NCBI RefSeq assembly: GCF_031769215.1
Contig: NW_026782844.1
Coordinates: 186,001-250,000 of the forward strand
Direction: 5' to 3'
Origin: Ylistrum balloti
Lineage: Eukaryota
Length of the DNA stretch: 64,000 bases
A model generated the notes under the pieces. It ran no database searches. It was not told the origin of the DNA and saw nothing but the letters and a program-made list of their open reading frames with translations. The translations under genes and the position numbers were made by a program. Numbering within the stretch: position 1 is the first letter of the stretch; every line of letters begins with the position of its first letter. This document shows positions 59,645-64,000 of this stretch, piece by piece.

Positions 59645-61125
59645 CGTTGTCCGTTATGTACACCCTGTAACTACGGACCGTTATATAAGCCCTGTAACTG
59701 TGGACCGTTATGTACACCCTGTAACTACGGACCGTTATGTACACCCTGTAACTGTGGACTGTTAGGTACACCCTGTAACTAAGGACCGTTATGTATACCC
59801 TGTGATTGTGGACTGTTATGTACACCCTGTAACTACGGACCGTTATGTACACCCTGTAACTAAGGACCGTTATGTACACCCTGTAACTACGGACCGTTAT
59901 GTACACCCTGTAACTACGGACCGTTATGTATACCCTGTAACTACGGACCGTTATGTACACCCTGTAACTACGGACTGTTATGTATGCCCTGTAACTACGG
60001 ACCGTTATGTACACCCTGTAACTGTGGACCGTTATGTACACCCTGTAACTACGGACCGTTATGTACACCCTGTAACTAAGGACCATTATGTACACCCTGT
60101 AACTTTGGACCGTTATGTACATCCTGTAGCTACGGACCGTTATGTACACCCTGTAACTGTGGACTGTTAGGTAAACCCTGTGACTACCGACTGTTATGTA
60201 CACCCTGTGACTGTGGACCGTTATGTACACCCTGTAACTACGGACCGTTATGTATACCCTGTAAATGTGGACTGTTATATATACCCTGTAACTACGGACC
60301 GTTGTATAAGCCCTGTAACTGTGGACAGTTATGTACACCCTGTAACTACGGACCGTTATGTACACCCTGTAACTAAGGACCGTTATGTACACCCTGTAAC
60401 TTTGGACCGTTATGTACATCCTGTAGCTACGGACCGTAATGTACACCCTGTAACTGTGGACCATTATGTACACCCTGTAACTAAGGACCGTTATGTACAC
60501 CCTGTGACTACGGACCGTTATGTATACCCTGTGACTGTGGACCGTCAAGTACACCCTGTAACTTTGGACCGTTATGTACACCCTGTGACTGTGGACTGTT
60601 AGGTACACCCTGTAACTACGGACCGTTATGTACACCCTGTGACTGTGGACGGTCATGTACACCCTGTAACTTTGGACCGTTATGTACACCCTGTAACTGT
60701 GGACTGTTAGGTACACCCTGTAACTACGGACCGTTATGTACACCCTGTAATTACGAGCCGTTATGTACACCCTGTGACTATGGACCGTTATGTATACCCT
60801 GTGACTGTGGACCGTTATGTACACCCTGTAACTGTGGGCCGTTATGTACACCCTGTGACTGTGGACCGTTATGTACACCCTGTAACTACGGACCGTTATG
60901 TACACCCTGTAACTACGGACCGTTATGTACACCCTGTGACTGTGGACCGTTATGTACACCCTGTGACTGTGGACCGTTATGTACACCCTGTAACTACGGA
61001 ACGTTATGTACACCCTGTAACTAAGGACCGTTATGTACGCCCTGTAACTGCGGACTGTTATGTACACCCTATGACTGTGTACTGTTATGTACACCCTGTA
61101 ACTGTGGACCGTTATGTAGATCATG
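59645..61125. repeat. 27-bp minisatellite, ~55 copies
   Basis: Unit CCGTTATGTACACCCTGTAACTACGGA with variants. Confidence 0.96.
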
Positions 61126-63244
61126 TAACTGTCGATTTTCACCACGTAACTGTCGTCCATTTTGTTATTCACTCTGAAACCGATCTGTTGTCCACTTTAT
61201 CAAGCAATGTCTGAAGTATTTAACTTATTTTCCGTATGAACGCCCGAAGCATTTTATAGATAGTCATTTGGATCTGATATGGGCCACCAAAACATTCTCA
61301 TGTGGAAGTCTCTTACGGGACTACTTATCCATCACTGTTAGCTGTATATTCAGTTAGAAAGTTACGCACATAAGTTTTGTTATTGATCATTATATAACCA
61401 TGAGGTTTTTTTTACTCTGCTTAAACGCGCCGGTTACTCTTTAGAAGCTACCTTCTTCATATTGTAGTATATATAGTGTTATTATGGCCATGTGGAGCTG
61501 TGTAATTCTGGACACAGACAATTGCCCGTCCTCGTTTATTGAATTAGATAGTCTTAAATGACCCGGGTGATGACAAGGTAATTTCTGGTCCAGCTCAGAA
61601 CCGAGTTCCCTCATAAACATACATACGATATAAATATAGATCTATATTCTCTACAATATGGCACCAGTCAGTGGGAGGTTTGGTGCAGGGTATTCCCTCT
61701 CACACAACCAAGTCTTATTATTTACATAAGCGCATATTTTGCGATTTCCTTAATCATTTCTGTTAGCTAAGTTATAAAGTAAAAAAAATCTTTATAAGTA
61801 TTGAATCATTTAGAAAACATTTTTTTTTCTATGAATGTGATGGATGTGTATTACATTCTATTTCTATATGTAGGGAGGGTGTTTGAACTAGCATATTAAT
61901 TGACAACACCTGGGAAAGATATGCAACGTCAGCGGTTTTCTGTACAGTGTACAGGCATCCTTCCATAGGTATCAAATATTGGCTATTAGTCCAAAATACC
62001 ATAATTAATACATTTTTAACCAACAAATTAAATTTAATCTTGAAAAGGATGACAATTTCCTTATGTCCTTCTTTACTGATATTCTCAAGCGCGAAGTCCA
62101 CCACCCTGTTAGTACCTCATACAGAATGCACATGTCTTACCGTGTATCGCACACATGGGGCCCCAGAAGGGGGGTTGGCAAGCGATAAGTGTACAAGCAC
62201 CGCTGTGCCGTGAATGTAACCTAATCGTGGTTTGTACGGAGATAATTCCGAACAGAACAGTTAATTAAAGATGATTCAATGTTCCGCTCCTTCTTTATTT
62301 TTGGCCCATAGTAGAAGTGCCACCACGGCCTAGCACACTGTCAGCGCGATATCGCAAACCTATCTGCCTGTATATAAATAGGTGCCACACATATATACCT
62401 CGAATTTCTTTCCTTTACATTCTCGTCCAATTCATCCTGACTATTAGAAGCATAATTTATAAACCACAAAAACTCTGCCATGAAGCGCTAATATGGAAAT
62501 AAAGTTTCCTCTATTTATGCAACTATTATACAAATGTAATTGTTGAGAAATTTTGAGGTCGAGAAATGTTGAGGGCGAGAACATTGCTAAAGCAAATTAT
62601 TGTATTCGCAGCATTTTCAATGTTGGTTTATCATTTTTTCGAACTCTTCTTTTTATACAACAACAGTCAATGAGAATGGTTAAACCTAAGTACTTTAGCA
62701 GTGGGTGTTGTACAGGATTCATCACACAAAAACGTGAACATCCTCAGCCCACACTCGTCTATTCCTCTTACAATTATCGCCAAATGAACTGTTGGTTTAT
62801 TATTCATCCTCGTACACCTTTCGAGGTCTTTGAGTACCAAAACCAACTTCTAGCCACATCCAAACTTTCCAGATGGCAAGGCAACTTGGAATCCTGGCCA
62901 GGAGAGTCAGACATAGGTCTGATGAGCTCTTTGTGATAAGCAAGATCACAGGGAGAAGATAAAACATCTCCGCGATCACGACTTAGGGCATTCCCTCCTC
63001 CATCATCACTCACCGCTGCTGGTGATGCTGTTTTGACCAGAGTTAACATGTATACATGTATATGGGCAATTAAATATCCGATTATAAGGAATGAGGTTTG
63101 AACTTTCAGAACGCCAATAAAATGTCTTTAGTTATCTTTCGAAAGTTGATTAATGGTAAATAAAATGTAATGTAAAACCGGACCCAGTAAACGAGCTTCT
63201 AAGTAGTGAGAATACAACAATGTAGTAACTACACACATTATACA

Positions 63245-64000
63245 GACATAGGTAGTACTGATGATAAAACAATAGAATTATTACTATAGTAATGATGATA
63301 AAACAATAGAATTATTACTATATATAGGTAGTAATGATGATAAAACAATAGAATTATTACTATATATATATATAGGTAGTAATGATGATAAAACAATAGA
63401 ATTATTACTATATATATAGGTAGTAATGATGATAAAACAATATATATATATATATATAGGTAGTAATGATGATAAAACAATAGAATTATTACTATATATA
63501 TATATAATGATGATAAAACAATAGAATTATTACTATATATATAGGTAGTAATGATGATAAAACAATAGAATTATTACTATATATATAGGTAGTAATGATG
63601 ATAAAACAATAGAATTATTACTATATATATAGGTAGTAATGATGATAAAACAATAGAATCATATACTATATAAGTAGTAATGATGATAAAACAATAGAAT
63701 TATTACTATATATAGGTAGTAATGATGATAAAACAATAGAATCATATACTATATAGGTAGTAATGATGATAAAACAATAGAATTATATATATATATATAT
63801 ATAGGTAGTAATGACGATAAAACAATAGAATTACATACTATATATATATATATAGGTAGTACTGATGATTAAACAATAGAATTATATACTATATATATAT
63901 ATATATAGGAAGTAATGATGATAAAAACAATAGAACTATATACTATATATATATATATAAGTAGTACTGATGATAAAACAATATAATTACAAAAAACTAT
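63245..64000. repeat. Minisatellite with embedded variable-length (TA)n, running off the window
   Basis: Constant GGTAGTAATGATGATAAAACAATAGAATTATTAC followed by (TA)n of varying length. Confidence 0.93.

Noticed and set aside
59628-61214. 514-aa and overlapping ORFs (YRVYITVRS / DRYVHPVTT repeats)
   Set aside because: Pure translation of the 27-bp minisatellite, open on both strands, with no unique domain or splice support.

Overview
AT-rich animal genomic DNA with GT-AG introns. The repeat families and gene content suggest a lophotrochozoan, most likely a bivalve mollusc (inference). Five protein-coding loci are supported. (1) TONSL/Tonsoku-like on the minus strand: I rebuilt 25 phase-consistent coding exons (1428-32311, 1436 aa), including one GC-AG intron. 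(2) BBS10 on the plus strand (34068-35885), head-to-head with TONSL. (3) An intronless acidic protein of unknown family (minus, 39457-40743). (4) An intronless Snail-superfamily-like C2H2 zinc-finger gene (minus, 42899-43987). (5) The first coding exon of junctophilin (plus, 49972-50356), whose intron runs off the window. Mobile DNA includes a dead mariner next to the TONSL stop codon, an internally deleted pogo-like element with intact TIRs and an in-frame DNA-binding-only ORF, a hAT remnant, a 264-bp MITE, several DINE-1/HINE-like elements and SINE remnants. About 17 minisatellite arrays are present, and most long ORFs in the track are artefacts of them. There is no CRISPR array, rRNA or bona fide tRNA. 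The most unusual pattern is that several intronic tandem repeats are decayed copies of the neighbouring splice junction (acceptor plus exon start, exon end plus donor, or branch-point region), giving stacks of decoy splice sites. One 0.5-kb stretch (26874-27372) looks like an assembly-consensus chimera.
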